NCBI RefSeq assembly: GCF_009914755.1
Contig: NC_060932.1
Origin: the human T2T-CHM13v2.0 reference genome, Homo sapiens
DNA: 64,000 nt
Direction: 5' to 3' (one strand)
Below the pieces are notes generated by a model. That model had not been told where the DNA came from and made no database searches. It saw only the letters and a list, made by a program, of their open reading frames with translations. A program made the position numbers and the translations under genes. Positions 1 through 16,568 of the stretch are shown here, in pieces. Every line of letters begins with the position of its first letter. The first letter of the stretch is position 1.

Positions 1-3000
1 GTTCTATTTAATGACACAAAAGATTTAGGAAAGGTCAAGGTAAGAACTAATGATGTATTCTTACATACCTTATAAATTGAGTAAACAAAAACTCAGGGAA
101 ACTCATCTAAAAAAATAAAAAGGTTTTCAAAACTCGACCCACATTTGCCCAATCAGGTACTAACTAGTCTTTCCCCAACCATCTTTTTTTTTCATCTGAA
201 AAGTTTAATGATCTAACCTGCTAGAGATTCAGCATATGATGAAAGGGAGCTTGCAGAAGGCAAAATAATTATACGAACAAAATATCTTTCCTTTTCTTAA
301 CTTGGACAAAATATATTTAGACAGAATTAAATGGCAGTTTCTTGGGTGGTTCTTTAAAGTTTTCCTAGGCACTCTTAAGATTGGTATAACAATATAAATT
401 TTATTATATCTTTAAGCATCTCAGAAATTACACTTATAATTTATGCTCATAATTATAAATAGATGTGTCTATGTAAAATGTACAGTGTACTCATTTAAAA
501 ATCTAGATTCACAGCATTAAAATACTTAGGCTGTTTTATATAAACTACAAACAAAAATACAAGTTTTACTTAGATGACTATTGTGCAGATTATTAAGAGA
601 CTGGTAAGTTTAATGAAAACATCCTAATGGAATTATTTTATTAAGGAGAATTACTTTGACATTTAAATTTTTACTTGAAAGAATCCTACCTAGTAATCGA
701 ATAGCTTTTTAAGAACAGTGTATAAAATAAACTATACCATAAACTTAAGCCTAGAGTTCATCACAGATTAAAACTTTTAAACTTTAAACTAATCATAAAT
801 TAAAGTATACACTGAGGAATAAGACATATACAGAAAGAGAAGTACTATGGCCAACAGCTTTTTAACAAGACTGTAAATAAACCTTATTTTACCAATATTA
901 AAGGATTCACCTACCATATTCTATTAAAAATTCTATTTTTCTACTCATAAGTTACCTCAATAACAAAGATGTGAAAATCTAATACTTTTCTAAAACTTAC
1001 TAACATTTTATTTAAAGTATAATATCTAATGCTTATTGACATTTATTCAAATCACTTCTTTTTAAATAAAAACAAGTTCTCTATTTTGAAATTTTGTAGG
1101 ACTCAATATCAGGTATTTTGTTAAATGGTAACTTAGAATAAATTCAAAAGAAAGGTTTAAAAAAGAAAAGTTCTAAGCTTTTAAATGATCCTATCAATAT
1201 TGGTGTCCGGGTTACACACAACTATAAATCAAAGCAGAAACTGGCAAAATAAAAGAATGATGTTGACATACATTATTCTAATACGTAATGGATTTCTGTA
1301 AAGAAGAATTACTAGAGACAATAGATGCCCCTTTTGTTATGCTGCTATTAAGTATTATTGAACAGTCACATTTAGTTTAATGCCTAATCCAGAGGCATGC
1401 CACAAATATGCAAGTCCTATTTTTGTCTATGTCTGAAGACGGTTATGTGTGTTCTTTTTCTCCTTCCAATTTCCTAATCAGTTTTGCAAATAGTTACAAA
1501 ATTTTTACCAGGCCAAACAGCCCCCTGCTCCCTACCCTCACCCATATATTTGCCTTCATTTTCAGCCCCTGTAACATCAGAGGGTTTTTTTTTTAAAACT
1601 GTAAATAAATCCTGACTAATTATGATTTATTCACAGCTGCTCTCAATGATATTATGAACTAGTATCCTTTTCCACTATTAATAATTTCTATAAAATATTT
1701 AAATGCAGTTTTTTTTTACAACTAGAATTCTCATTTGAACAAACAAGAAAATGTCATACTGAAGGTAAATACATCAATTTAAAAATTTCTCTTATAAATA
1801 AGTATGTTTTAAGTTTAATAAAGTAGCTAGCACAGCTGGGAACAGGAAAAATGCTGTTTGCTTCAATTTTGCAAGCATTTGATTTGATTGGATGGCAAAA
1901 TCAGCTTGACTGTGTTAGACCTTAAAGCCTAACGGTGACATAAAATAGGTAAAATAGGATACCCTGTGAGTAAGGTGGGTGAAGTAATTGATAATACAGA
2001 GATATTTTGCAAGTGGCTCCCTTGACTGCATTACTTTCTAAAGGGAGGTGAAAGGCACATAGAAGTCACTGAAAATACTTTTGTTGAACAAACGAACATT
2101 AAAAACTAAAAAGGAGTTTTGTTAGTGTGTTATTCTAGAAAAAAATATAAAATTAGAACATTAAATATTAATTTATACTTAAACCAAGTAATCCTAAATC
2201 GGTCTCAAAAAATATGAATAATAACATATTCTAACCTCAATGTGTATACCTTATTAATATTTTCTCATGTTCTGGAAAATTAATTAAAACAAAAGTGGTT
2301 CTTATTAAATAAATGAATAAAATCTATTGAGACAAATGCTTATTCATATTTTTTGAATTTGAATCACTTCAAATGGAATATCTAATAATTCAGTATTTAC
2401 ATATCCCATAACTTTAAAAATATAACAATGTAAGATACTGAATCTTAAACATACAAGTAGCTACTACATGTTTTGCACACCTATAATTTGCATCTATTAA
2501 GGATTAAAAATATTAAATTTCTTTTTATTCTAAAATTCAAAAAAAGACTATATTTTAAATATAGTCATACCTAAGTATTTTAGAACATTTTCGCTTAAAG
2601 GAGAGCTAATTGATGCTACCCTAAATACAAGAAGCTAAATATATTAAGTACATCAATATGAAATGGAGTATGAACTGGTATGTTTCCTGAATGCCTTCTC
2701 TTACATTGTTACTAATTCATTTTATAATTTACCATGAATTAAAATAATAGTTTCCTAAAAATGACTCATGGAAATATATGGGTGTATAAATACCATCCAC
2801 TTTCTCCTGGAAATGTATTATCAATCTGAACACAGAACACAGAACCTGAAGAGAGAAGCTCAAGTGTTTTAAAAATATTTCGCCTCTCCTCAGCAGCTGA
2901 TTTTTCCATGCTTGTTTTAAATATTAATATAAAACAGGTTTTCCTTAAATTACAAAATAAAGGTAACTTTAAAGAAATATTCATTTAAGTTAGAGGTTAT

Positions 3001-3084
3001 GTATTAAATTGTTGCCAGTGATACTGTTTTAATGTTTTAGTTACGAAACAGAAACTGAAGTGAAAAAAATCCCACTTGCATAAT

Positions 3085-3340
3085 TTTTTTTTTAAATTTT
3101 TTAATTATTATTACACTTTAAGTTTTAGGGTACATGTGCACAATGTGCAGGTTTGTTACATATGTATACATGTGTCATGTTGGTGTGCTGCACCCATTAA
3201 CTCGTCATTTAACATTAGGTATATCTCCTAATGCTATCCCTCCCTCCTCCCCCCACCACACAACAGGCTCCGGATTGTGATGTTCCCCCTCCTGTGTCCA
3301 TGTGTTCTCATTGTTCAATTCCCACCTATGAGTGAGAACA
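3085..3340 (-). mobile_element. 5'-truncated young L1PA (about L1PA2-4) 3' end
   Basis: TTTAAGTTTTAGGGTACATGTGCACAATGTGCAGGTTTGTTAC...GAGTGAGAACA; T tail; TSD TTGCATAAT at 3076-3084 and 3341-3349, followed by TTTT/AA endonuclease-like site. Confidence 0.93.
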
Positions 3341-4249
3341 TTGCATAATGTTTTAAAACAACCTTTAGCTTGTAATCTAGATGTAATTTGTTTTTAACTT
3401 TCAGAACAATAAAACAATAAATAGAGACTATAGTAATTGATTGGTCTGAATTGTTCTAAGTTCCTTAGTATGAATTCTGTTTCACAGTTAAGCCTTAGAC
3501 TCAACTTGTTTAAGGCAAATAGACAAAGTATAAAATATTACTTTGGAGATACAAGATAAGTATAATTTTTGAAGAAGTCTCAGTTTAGAATTTTAGATGA
3601 CATAAAGAATTAATACATAAACAATATGTGCCACATGTGAGCAGTATGCACTTAATAAAATATTTGTATGAAGCTAAAAATTTCTTACCAAAAAGTTAGT
3701 AAAAATAGACATTATTATTATTCCTTCCTTGAAAAAACCTAAAACTAAATCTTTAAGTAAATGATCTATAAGAATTCTTAGTCTGGTCCATGTGATTACA
3801 TGGTCCTATGTACCCAGGGCCACTGGAAATTCTGTAAGCTTAGATAGCATGAATTCTGAATGTTAGACATTGCTGTTCAATAAAAAATAACTTGTATTAA
3901 AATTTCGTATTTTCACTTTCATGGTTTTATTTCCAAGTCTGGTTATTTTCACTACAACCTGATTTTCCAGATCAGTGGTGTCTGGTCAATTTATCTATGG
4001 GTAAAATAATTAAGTGTTCATATGTCTATACCCAAATGCTCCTCCAGAGCAGCAATTTGCTTAAGTTGGCAGTGCCTACCGCTTGGCATGCAACAAGGCT
4101 GTCACAAAAAAATGTTTACTGAATAAATGATGAATGAAGGAAAAAATAAACTAAAATATTTCTGTAGAGAAAGAAACATGAAATGCTCTAAAATGTCAGT
4201 CATGTCAGTAATGTTTATTTTTACAGAAGAATGCTGACTGAAAGTGTTT

Positions 4250-5555
4250 AACTGTCCCCTGAATTGTGAGACTAAGGCTCACAACAAAGACAAAAATAAT
4301 GTACAAGCACCACCTATCTTGAAGACAGCCACCAACCAAATGGGGCCAAATCGCCAACCTTGAGTTTACTCAGAGGTTGAATGAGCCCCACCACTCCCAA
4401 ATCATCACCCAGCCTACATAAGAGGGCAAGGGTACATCAGGAGCACTGGGGTGCAGTTTTTGTCATAGGAGCTTCCTCACTCAAGCCAAGTTGCACAGCA
4501 CCAAGATATTACATCAAAGACACGTTGTGGTTTCCTGCAAGAAGAGGAGACTGGCATCTCACTTTCCAGCTGGACTGAATACTGAATAAAGAACCTGCAA
4601 ACTTGCCCTGGTGCTGCCAGTGGAGTAGAATTTAGCCTGCTGAAGTGTTCATAGATGACCTGGCATATGTCCCTAGAAGTTGGGGAAAATATATTGGCCT
4701 AGAAACTTGTCTACTTCTTATCTAGAGATTTCTGAAGATGGGAGGCTTGGGTAGAGCAGCCTGCAGCAGCAGACCTAATAGGGCCACAGAAATAGTATAC
4801 CTGGGTGGGGCGGGGGAGAAGTGGAGAGTACCTCTCACATTTCCCCTATCTACCCACTAATTCTCTGAGACCCTAGAAAAAGAACACCACTGACTCCCAT
4901 GGCTCATATGAGAGAACCAGGACTGGGGAAGAAGCAAGGGCTGCTGGTCAAACACATCAATGCCCCATCTAGAGAGAGGGGAGGAGTTTGAACTTATGAA
5001 ACAGAAAGGAGATATAGCTACCCATCTCTGAGGAAGAGCTCAGTGATAAAGGAAGCCAAGATAAAGCTATCATCCCAAGAAAACCACATATTCCAACCAC
5101 ATGAACATCATATTGTCAGAGACATTTTGCAGCACTTAGAACCAGATTATGCCAGAGTGAGACCCACTATCTTCAGATAACCACGTTCACTCAGATGATG
5201 ACCTCTGCCTCTCTTGTCCTTCCTCCATGCTGCCTCCTTCCCCTCTCTCTCCAAGAATTAGACCTAGGAGGGGAGAAAGCATGCCAACAGTCTTAGGCCA
5301 CTTAGGTGGTCTTCTCTAAGATGTAGGGTGGGGAAGGATCAAGTGAGACTTAAATCAAATTTGAGATTAAAATCTTAAACTACCCAGACTTTTACTAAAT
5401 GAAAGTGACCAAAAAGTTGTAGCATTTGTCCAAAGGCATAGTTAAGAGTCAGAAAAGGGAGATTAGAAAGAGCATGCTTCAAAGTATGTTTTTTAAAAAA
5501 AGTAATTTCAGATATATTGCCAATGAGTTGTAACTGTTTAAAAGTTATTTACACC
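4250..5555. mobile_element. Probable ancient LTR-derived sequence (family not assigned)
   Basis: Abrupt GC/purine-rich block in an AT-rich background, ending in ...TTTACA; resembles old mammalian Gypsy/ERVL-type LTRs from memory only. Confidence 0.3.
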
Positions 5556-5759
5556 CTGTGGTAGGATGAATGCTCAAAAAACTGCTAACAAAAAACTTGA
5601 TAGCTAAAACTATTCTTTAAGTTCAAGCATAGACTGATACCTGCCCCCACACTCCCCCTACCTCCCCACAAAAAAAAAAAACAGTGAAATCCTACTCATG
5701 GTAAATTCTCAGGTGACAGCTGTAATCGGCCTACATTTAAGCTTGGTTCAATATATCCA

Positions 5760-6450
5760 TGGGTAGATAGAGCCAGCCTCTGCTCACTGTTCCTGCCCCA
5801 CTCACCTTACATTTGGGATACCCTAGAAATCCATTTTTGGTAATCATCTCTCTTCAAGGGTCTCTCTGGTTGATCTCATATACTTTTTTCCATGCCAAAT
5901 AGTCCCAAATTCATGGTTCCATTCTGTACTTTCAACTATCTAATAGATTTATATGTCCTCCAGACACTGAAAACTCTATACATCCATAACATATCTTGTT
6001 AGCTTATCCTCCACACACACCCAGTCTCTAAAATCTGTTCTTCCCTTTTTCTATTCTTTATCTCAAACAATAGCAAAACCATCAATCTAATTATCTAAAT
6101 CAGAAACCTTCTTCTTCACCCTAATCCTCTATATAAAACTGATGATCAGATCCAGATGATTCTAAATGATCTAATCTAGATGATTTCTTGAATGTAGACT
6201 CTCTTCTCTAATTCCACTATCTTTGCCTTAATCCACTTTTAACAATTTCAACAGTCTTTAATCCAGTTATCCTAGGTCTCCAGGGTCTCCAGTTCCTCTC
6301 TATGCTTCACTTTGACACCAAAAAACAAGTTTGATAAGAGTTTTCCCCTCATAAAAATTTTTTATTAGCTATCCATTACTCATAGGATTACGGCTAAACC
6401 TAGAAGCCTCAGCTTGGCAGTTAAAGCCTTTACCACCTAGGTTACTACTG
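5760..6450 (+). mobile_element. L2 fragment
   Basis: Pyrimidine-rich degenerate L2 motifs (CCATCAATCTAATTATCTAAATCAGAAACC, CAACAGTCTTTAATCCAG). Confidence 0.55.
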
Positions 6451-6734
6451 CATCATATCCAATACTAGTCTGTTCAGCAGACATGGTTGCCTTTAGGACC
6501 TGTTCTCTGACCCAGCTGAAATGTGCAAAAAAGCATTCTGTGTTGCTGGCTAAGCCAACTCAGTCTGCACCCCGCACCTCGGCCTGCTCCATGTCTGTAT
6601 TCCTACTTTATTCGAATGGGCTTCAGTTTTGCTACTACCCAGAGTTTGGATTCAGTGCTATGATTTATGCATCTCCTCTTTCTCTTGACTGATGGCTTTA
6701 CTTCTGGCTCAGGCTAACCTCTTCACTAAAGGCT

Positions 6735-7110
6735 TAGTGATAGTATCATTGTTAAATAGTACAAAGTAAACTCTTAAGTCAGATTTCCTGGGTTCAAATT
6801 TTTGCTCTACCACCTACAAGCTATGAGATTTTGACCACTGAACTTAATCTCTCCAGGCATTAGTTTCTTCAGTTTTTTTTTTTATTCTTGCAGCTTTTAT
6901 GAAAGTTTTCTTTTTTAAAATTTTATTATTATTATACTTTAAGTTTTAGGGTACATGTGCACAATGTGCAGGTTTGTTACATATGTATACATGTGCCATG
7001 TTTAAAGGATAATAATAGTACCTTCTGTAAAGGATCTCCTGCATTGTCAGGAAAGTGCTTTAAAAAGTACTCACTACATACTAAGATCTCAATATGTGTC
7101 AGCTGCTGTT
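6735..7110 (+). mobile_element. MIR interrupted by a short L1PA insertion
   Basis: CCTGGGTTCAAAT...AACTTAATCTCTC...AGTTTCTTCA, resuming at GGATAATAATAGTACC and AAAGTGCTT. Confidence 0.8.
6873..7002 (-). mobile_element. Extremely truncated young L1PA 3' end with composite tail
   Basis: TTATACTTTAAGTTTTAGGGTACATGTGCACAATGTGCAGGTTTGTTACATATGTATACATGTGCCATGTT preceded by two T-rich tracts. Confidence 0.9.
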
Positions 7111-10100
7111 TTTCCCAATACTTATTAGTTTATTAGCCAAAACAAAAGGACAGGACACCCTCTGAGCCATAAAATTATATATGTAGATAAACTTCACACA
7201 CCATTTTCAATATAAAGACTGGCTACTTAGAAAAACAATTTCAGATGCTGAAGTTTCCAACTTAAAACAGCCTCCTATCATGAGTCATAGCAAAATGTGG
7301 CATAGTTGCCCAAATTAATAGAAGCCTAATAGTTTAAATATGGCGTCAAGAGGAAAAAAAAGTATAAATGACCATAGACAAGGAAGAAATTCTTACAGGT
7401 GAGAGTAACTGATATACAATATGGAAAGACACCACAGGTTGACTAATTCTGGAAAATTCTTTAAAAAATGACAACAAAAAAGATGAATTTCCACATATCG
7501 AAAGAGCTGCTACTAAATGATGACTACTAGACACCCAAGGGTTACAGATACTTAATAATCTTCTTCAGTTATTTGAAGAATATTTTTTCTAGAAGAATAT
7601 ACCTCTAATTTTATAATAAAAGATGGAAGATAGAATTTATTTGCAGACTTGAGCTATAATTCACTGTTCCACAAAGCAAGGGGAAATTATCTGCACTTTA
7701 TTTCTATTGTGCCTTATACAGATATGCTAAGGGGAAAGTATTTTAATGTTCATAATCAAAACAAAAATGATTAAATGGTCAAAACCAAAAGCAACGCAAT
7801 TTCAGGAATTCTGTACTATCACTGAAGTTCTAATGAATTAGTATATTTCTTTTCATCAAAGAATATAGGCATTAAAATGACAATTTTAGATCTTTCATTA
7901 GCAAAGATAATCCAGAACTCGCTAGTCGTTCCACTGGACTAGTTAGTACAAGAATATGGCCGATAATTAACTTTTTATATATTTATATATTTGTAGCCTT
8001 GGCTATTAGGTAGTTTCATTTGCATTCTCAAATTAAGATAGAGAGTTAAAAACTAAACTGAAGGTCTGTGAGAATGAAACTTGATACTCTAACCCAGGTT
8101 ACTGAGCCTTTTATAAGATGCCTTAATAATTAATAATACTATACTGCATATCAAATTTCAACATGCACCATTACTGAATTCATGAAGAAAAAAAGGTCTG
8201 TTGAGAACCATGTAAATGTGTCTTCAAAATAAATCAGTAAGGTATCTTTTTTCCAAAATACTTTCATCTGCTATGAGAAACAACATTAGTTTGAATGCCC
8301 CTATCACTCATTTATCTCCTTAAGGTCTGTCTATCGTTCTGGAAAGGTGTTTCAACAACTGATGAACACAATTACAAAACAAGACTACTTTGGTTTTGAA
8401 TCAAGACAACTAGATTCTGGATTTTTAAAAAAAGTCTATTATTTACTGAAAAGTCTTCCAACATGAAGAAACCAACCTAATGAGGGCTTTCTATTTTTAT
8501 GAATGAGAGGTACTATGGAAAAGGCTACCAACCTAATGGCAGGAAGGAGGAAAAGGTGTCAGCATTAATTCAAGTAGGCCAACAAATATGATAGGCCCCC
8601 AAACAATGATGTGCATACTTCTAACTGTGGAAGATAGACATGAGAAGTATGATGGAAGTCAGTTATAGAAAGATTTCTGATAGTGAACTACTATGCATAC
8701 TCAGAAAACCTGAATTAAGTATAAAATTACAAAAATAATTTTAGATTTAAAGAAATTTCATGACAGTTCAAGTACAAAACTATTCCATCATCAAAACACA
8801 ACCTGATATATGCATTACTAGTTTCCTCAATCAATTTTTAAAACTTTTTTGAAATCGAATGCTTTATTTATTTCAAAAGGTAAACACTGTTGGGCTATCA
8901 GTCTTAAATTAGAAGATCATAAATTACATTGTCCACTCTTTGATCCTAAATTCCACTATTGGTTAACATCTCTTTTGATGTAATCACCCCAATAGTCCCC
9001 AGTGCTTACTGACTAAACATCCAAAATTGGGTTATGAATAGAAAGCCCACATAGTCAAAATAACTTCCTTAGACATCAACATTAGCCACAACATATGCTT
9101 GGAGTACAATATCTTGTTTTAAAATGTAGAGTAGTCAATTTTTCAATGTAATCTTCTAAATAAATGACATTTTAAAAAGAGCAAACTACTATGAGGAGAG
9201 TTTGTGCTTCTTGGAGCTCTTTTTGTAAGTCATTTTTCTTTTGCCATGTGCTTTAAACATCTTAATAAATTATAACATGTTGACAAGAAACCACATACTG
9301 CACCTGTGCTTTCTATCTTAATTAATCCAATAAGTACAGGCCTGCTCACTTAAATTTGTAAGGGAAATGATGATATAATGAGTTTTAACTTAAGGTATTA
9401 ATTACCTAAATAAGCAGAATTAGCTTAATGTTTCAGTAGACTTTGCCTAGACACAACCACCAAATAAAAATTTCAGAAATTATGGAAGCCTTAAACAGCA
9501 CCATTAGGAATAAGAAAGTGAAACGCTCATTCTACCTCAGATAGCCAAGTGGATTAAATTCTACTAAAGAAAAAAATTTTAAAAACCAGTGCAGCAGTTC
9601 AGAGACACTAAAATCTTTGTTGCTTTTACCGAAGAATCAATTAAATCTAGTTTAGCTGCCCAGTGACTAAATTATTATTTTCTACTTGTACATAAACACT
9701 TTTCTTTGAAGCAGGTCACTTTCCTTTCAAAACAAAGGTTATGACTATCTTAAATGCCTCAGCAGACGGATGGTCAAAACCTCATAAAAATTCTACATGG
9801 ACCTAGACAATCACATGACACAACTGTGCACACGCCACACCATCTGTTGGATATGACTGCCAGCACAGATTTCGTGAGCTGGCAAAGGACTGAAATAGTC
9901 AAGAATTCTGCAACTATTTCAAAGTGCAGGCTTCTCATTAATTTTAATTTCCTGTTGGCTCTACAAGGAATGACTGAGTAGTGAAAGCACAATATGCCAC
10001 ATACACTTGAGTTCATGCCACATGTACACCTGTAATCATAAACTCTTATCCAAAGCTATCCACTGGAACATTTGGGATTTTGTGTGTTTATTTCTTCTTT

Positions 10101-10405
10101 ACCCTAGAAGAAATAAATCTGAAATATCTATAGTTGTCTTTTCATACTTTGTTAATACTCTTGCAAACATCTGGAAATACTTGACAATAATCATTTAATT
10201 AATGCAAAGGTAATCGATGACAATATGCTTAAATACTTCACTCAACTGAAGTGGTTTCCTCAGTCCACAGAACTAAGGACTGTAGAGAACAAGCAGTTCT
10301 TTGACTAAGGAGTACACTACAAGGAAAACTATAGCCAATATCTCTTTTAAAACCAGAAACATTACCTGCATTTAAACAAAGCAGATAACATGCTGCTATA
10401 CTGGT

Positions 10406-10436
10406 AAAACAAACAAACAAACAAACAAACAAAAAA
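10406..10436. repeat. (AAAC)n simple repeat
   Basis: Six AAAC units seen directly. Confidence 0.9.
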
Positions 10437-12359
10437 CTGGTAGATGCTGCTGGCTTAAGTTTTTACCTTAAGCTGTCTACAGGGTCTGTGTTGCTGAGGG
10501 CTTACTAAAGGGGTGGCCCTGCTCCTCTTTTTCGGGGCTACTCTAGTTTCTTTATCACTCCTTCACAGTTGCTGGCTATAGAGGAGGGTGAAAAGACCCT
10601 GAGAAAGAAACATTTCTCCAGAACAAGTGAAGATTCCTAAAATGTCCATGGGCAGCTCCAGCAGCAGGGTTGGTACTTTCTCTGCCAACCCTTTACTGTT
10701 TTCTGCATTTTGCAACAGTGACTTTTGTTTTGTTTCCCTGTAATCATACTCACTTGCTAATGCAGGCAACAAAGGTAGGACTGCGGAAAAACTAGGAAAG
10801 CCCCAGGCAACTTTATACTTGGGGAGCAAAGTTAGTTTTTTTCCCTTCTCTGCCACAATTTTTGGGACTTTTTCTTCAGTGTGGCCCTGGAGGATTCTTG
10901 TGTCCCTTAGCTCAAAAGAACACCACCAACTGAATAAATATTTAAGAATCAGAGTAATTAAGAAATGTTAACTTACTATTCAGTATGAGTCACAACCAAA
11001 AATGGTTGATTTACCTAATTTCTCTTATACTAGTAATTACTGTCAATCCAATTTCTTTCTTTTTTAAAATTTGGAACCAATGTAGTGGGTTAACAGATGG
11101 CTTTTGAAGTTTTTGTTCTTATTCCAAAATCTTTACATTACCCAAAATATATCTATTTAAATATGATACTGTAATTTCTGCAAAACATTATCTACATGCT
11201 CTCTATTTAACACTAAACAATCTGGATGTTAAGGCTGTTTGGAAATAATTCTAACAAAAACTGAAACATTAGACTAGTGCTATAATAAACAGACTTGCCT
11301 TTTACATTTGTTTTAGAAATCTTCATAAGCACATCCTAAACATAACTTTTTTCCGGTAGGGTTAAAAATAATTCAATTAGCCCAAATATATTTTATCTCC
11401 TATCTTTTTATGATAATCCCCAATTTGGTGACATCATAAATTCTTTTATCATCTCCTTACATTCAGGAACATAACGTAAGAAAATCCATAGAAAATCCCA
11501 AAGACAAATGCTAACGATTTAAAAGGAAGTACACAAATTCTATTGCATACAGGCTTTAAGACAAGGAATGCTTCCTACCCTGCACATCTGTCTAGCAGGT
11601 GCCTTTCCGAATAAGTTTTGTCCTTTAGGAATCTGCTCTGAGTACCTCAAAAGACAATAAAGTGTTCTCTTTCATTTTTTTTTCTTAGAACCCATTTTCC
11701 TCAAGGCAGAAGGATGAAGCCTTCTCTGTCCTGAAAATATGGTCAAAACAACTTTGGCTTATTTTAAGCAACTTCTATCAAATAGACTTAGGAATTATAT
11801 AAAATACAGTTCTCTTCTAGAAGGCGGCCTCGAGATGCATCATGAAGAGGGAAGATAAACACATAAACCTTAGTATGCTTTATACTTTAATGAGTCATAT
11901 TTTTTAACATTCTGTAACTAATAGATGAGGGAATGAATAAGACCAGATTTCCCTCATTAACAGCTGGTATCTTTGCTTTTAGTCCACTTCCCCATTTTGT
12001 GAGCAAAGCAGTCCACCAAATCACTTACGCTGTGCTCCACCTATGCTTCTTCTTTTAACCATTCTCTCTTTGCCCCTCTTACACCCTTTTCCTTGTCTTT
12101 TGCCATACTCACTACTACTCTTGGCAATTATTTGTTCATCTTCTGGCAATGCTTCCTTTATTCATCTCTTATTTATTTCCATTTCCATTCCGCTCAGTGG
12201 CGATTACAAACATTTTCCACTTTCCTCAAAGTGATGAGAGGGTTGAGCAGTTCCAGTTGACAGGTGTAATAAATGTTGAGAAAGGAAGAACTGTTCTAGT
12301 CACTCCGTCCCTCCTGCAATTCCCTTTTTAAGGCTATCTGCCCTATATAAGTCAAAAAT

Positions 12360-13175
12360 AAATAACTCTGCAAAAATTGGATCCAGTCATATGATCTCTT
12401 GATATCCCTTTCCAACTGTGAGAACATCTTCCTTTATTATTTTTTTTTGGTACTGTCACCATTTATCATTTGGTTCCTCACCTTAACTAATCAAAATAGT
12501 ACTCTTCAATCTAGTATTTCAGCTATTTCTGTTAATCTTTCCTCCTCATTCTTGTTTTTCTTTTCAATTTTATTCCTATATTATTTTAAGCTTGTGCCAC
12601 ATAACCGATTTCCCCTACCCTGAGTCTCTTCCTATCAATCCTTCATGCTATCTTCAATATTAATATTCTTAAGATACTTTTCATCATGTCATCCTCCAAC
12701 TTAAAACCTTCAGTGGCTTTCCACTGTCTATTAAATAAATATTCAGACTCTGTAACCTTGCAAGCTTTCACCCTCTGATCTGGATCTACTTTTCCATTTT
12801 ATCTCTCGTATTTTTCCAGATTAACTACCACAGACTTGAAGGTCTCTATTTCATTGCCACCCAACACAGATTATGCTTTCCTACTGCTAAGCTTTTTATT
12901 ACACATCATTCCTTGTAGTTCCTGCCTTCTCTCTTTCTGCTATCCATTTATCAATGCTTAGACAAAGTCCTCTTCCACATTATAATTTCATATACAACTC
13001 CAGCCTTCATCAAATCTCCCTCTTATTCAAAACCACATGGCAATGTCTGAGTTATTGTTCTGGATTACAATTTACCACTTCATTAACTCATACCTTGTCC
13101 TCTTAATAAATCAGTATAATTTATTTTTACCCACAGTGCCTAGCACAATCCAAAGTAAAATATTTGTTAAATTAG
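12360..13175 (+). mobile_element. L2 fragment(s) including 3' end
   Basis: AAAACCTTCAGTGGCTTTCCACTG; terminal CACAGTGCCTAGCACA...AAATATTTGTTAAAT. Confidence 0.6.
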
Positions 13176-13648
13176 CTTAATGTTTTCTAACAAATTTTGG
13201 AATTTCCAGATAGAATGACTACAAAATCTATGAGGGGCTAAAAATGTTTCCAAAAGTTACTTTCAGGAGTTAGCCATTGGAAAAATAGATTCACAAAACT
13301 AAAATGAGTCTAAGACAGACAGTAGAAGGCTACATGTCAAAAATTGTGTGTATGTGAAAAATCTGAAAGTAGAGTACTGCAATGGTCATTATCAAAATCA
13401 TTAATGAACTCTGATTTCCTAAATTCAACATTCTAATTTCTGTTGAATTTTAATTAACACCCTTTCTATTAGATTGTCTGCAAAGTATACTGTAATAATT
13501 CCTTCCATCTCATAGCACCCTTTGCCATGTAACTTTGCTGTTCCTTCCATCATGAGGTGAAATTTATTTCCATATCTTATGAATTAGGACTAGACTTCTG
13601 ACATATTTTGACAACAGACTATGACAACAGTGACACTGTGCAAATTCT

Positions 13649-15741
<2,093 letters not shown>

Positions 15742-16202
15742 GACACTGTGCAGATCCTACGCTGATGTCAAGAGGCCTTACAACCTTGTTTTCACCTTCT
15801 TGGAAGGCTACTACTGCCACATACAAACTCCAGGCTTGCCTGATGAGATCATATGACCTAGCCAATAGTTAGCACAATTGCCAACACATTTGGGAAGTAA
15901 TTTTAGAGAGAGTGTTCAGCCCCATTCAAGTCAGCAGATGACTGCAGTCACTTAAGAAACCCCAGGTAAGCCCAGCAGAAGAAACACTTAGATAAACCTA
16001 GACAAACTATTAACCTACAAAATTGTGGTTTTGATGAAAGTAAAATAGTTGTTATTTTAAGCCATTAAATTTTGGGGTGGTAGAAAGATTAACTGAAGCA
16101 AAGTTAAATCATTTTATTTGCCATTTCTTAACCATGATAATTTATTCATTACTTTGTAGCTCATTTCAAAGTGTTTCTCAGAGCCCATTAAGATGTATTC
16201 CA

Positions 16203-16568
16203 TACTACTCAGCCATAAAAAAGAATAAAATCTTATCTTTTGAAGCAACATGGATGGAACTGGTAGCTATTATCTTAAGTGAAACAACTCAGAAACAGCA
16301 AAGTCAAATACTGCATGTTCTCACGTATAAGTAGGAGCTAAACAATGTGTACACACGGACACAGAGTGCGGAATAATAGACTATGGAAACTTGGAAGGGT
16401 GAGAGGGGAAGAAGGGAGTCAGGGATGAGAAATTACCTAAAGGGTACAATGCACATTATTTGGGTAATGGTTATACTAAAAGTCCAGACTTCACCATGAT
16501 GCAATATATCCATGTAAATTTAAAAAACAGCAATCGTACCCTTAAATTTATGCCAAAAAAAAAAAAAA
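16203..16568 (+). mobile_element. L1PB-like 3' end
   Basis: CAGCCATAAAAAAGAA...GCAACATGGATGGAACTGG...CCAGACTTCACCA...poly(A); TSD AAGATGTATTCCA (16190-16202) / AAGATTTATTCCA (16567-16579). Confidence 0.88.

Noticed and set aside
3788-3803. Small palindrome CCATGTGATTACATGG
   Set aside because: Too short; expected by chance in 64 kb.
3085-7002. Two near-identical ~80-bp segments (3110-3181 and 6931-7002) as a local duplication
   Set aside because: Both are young L1PA 3' ends with different flanks and tails; similarity reflects shared subfamily.
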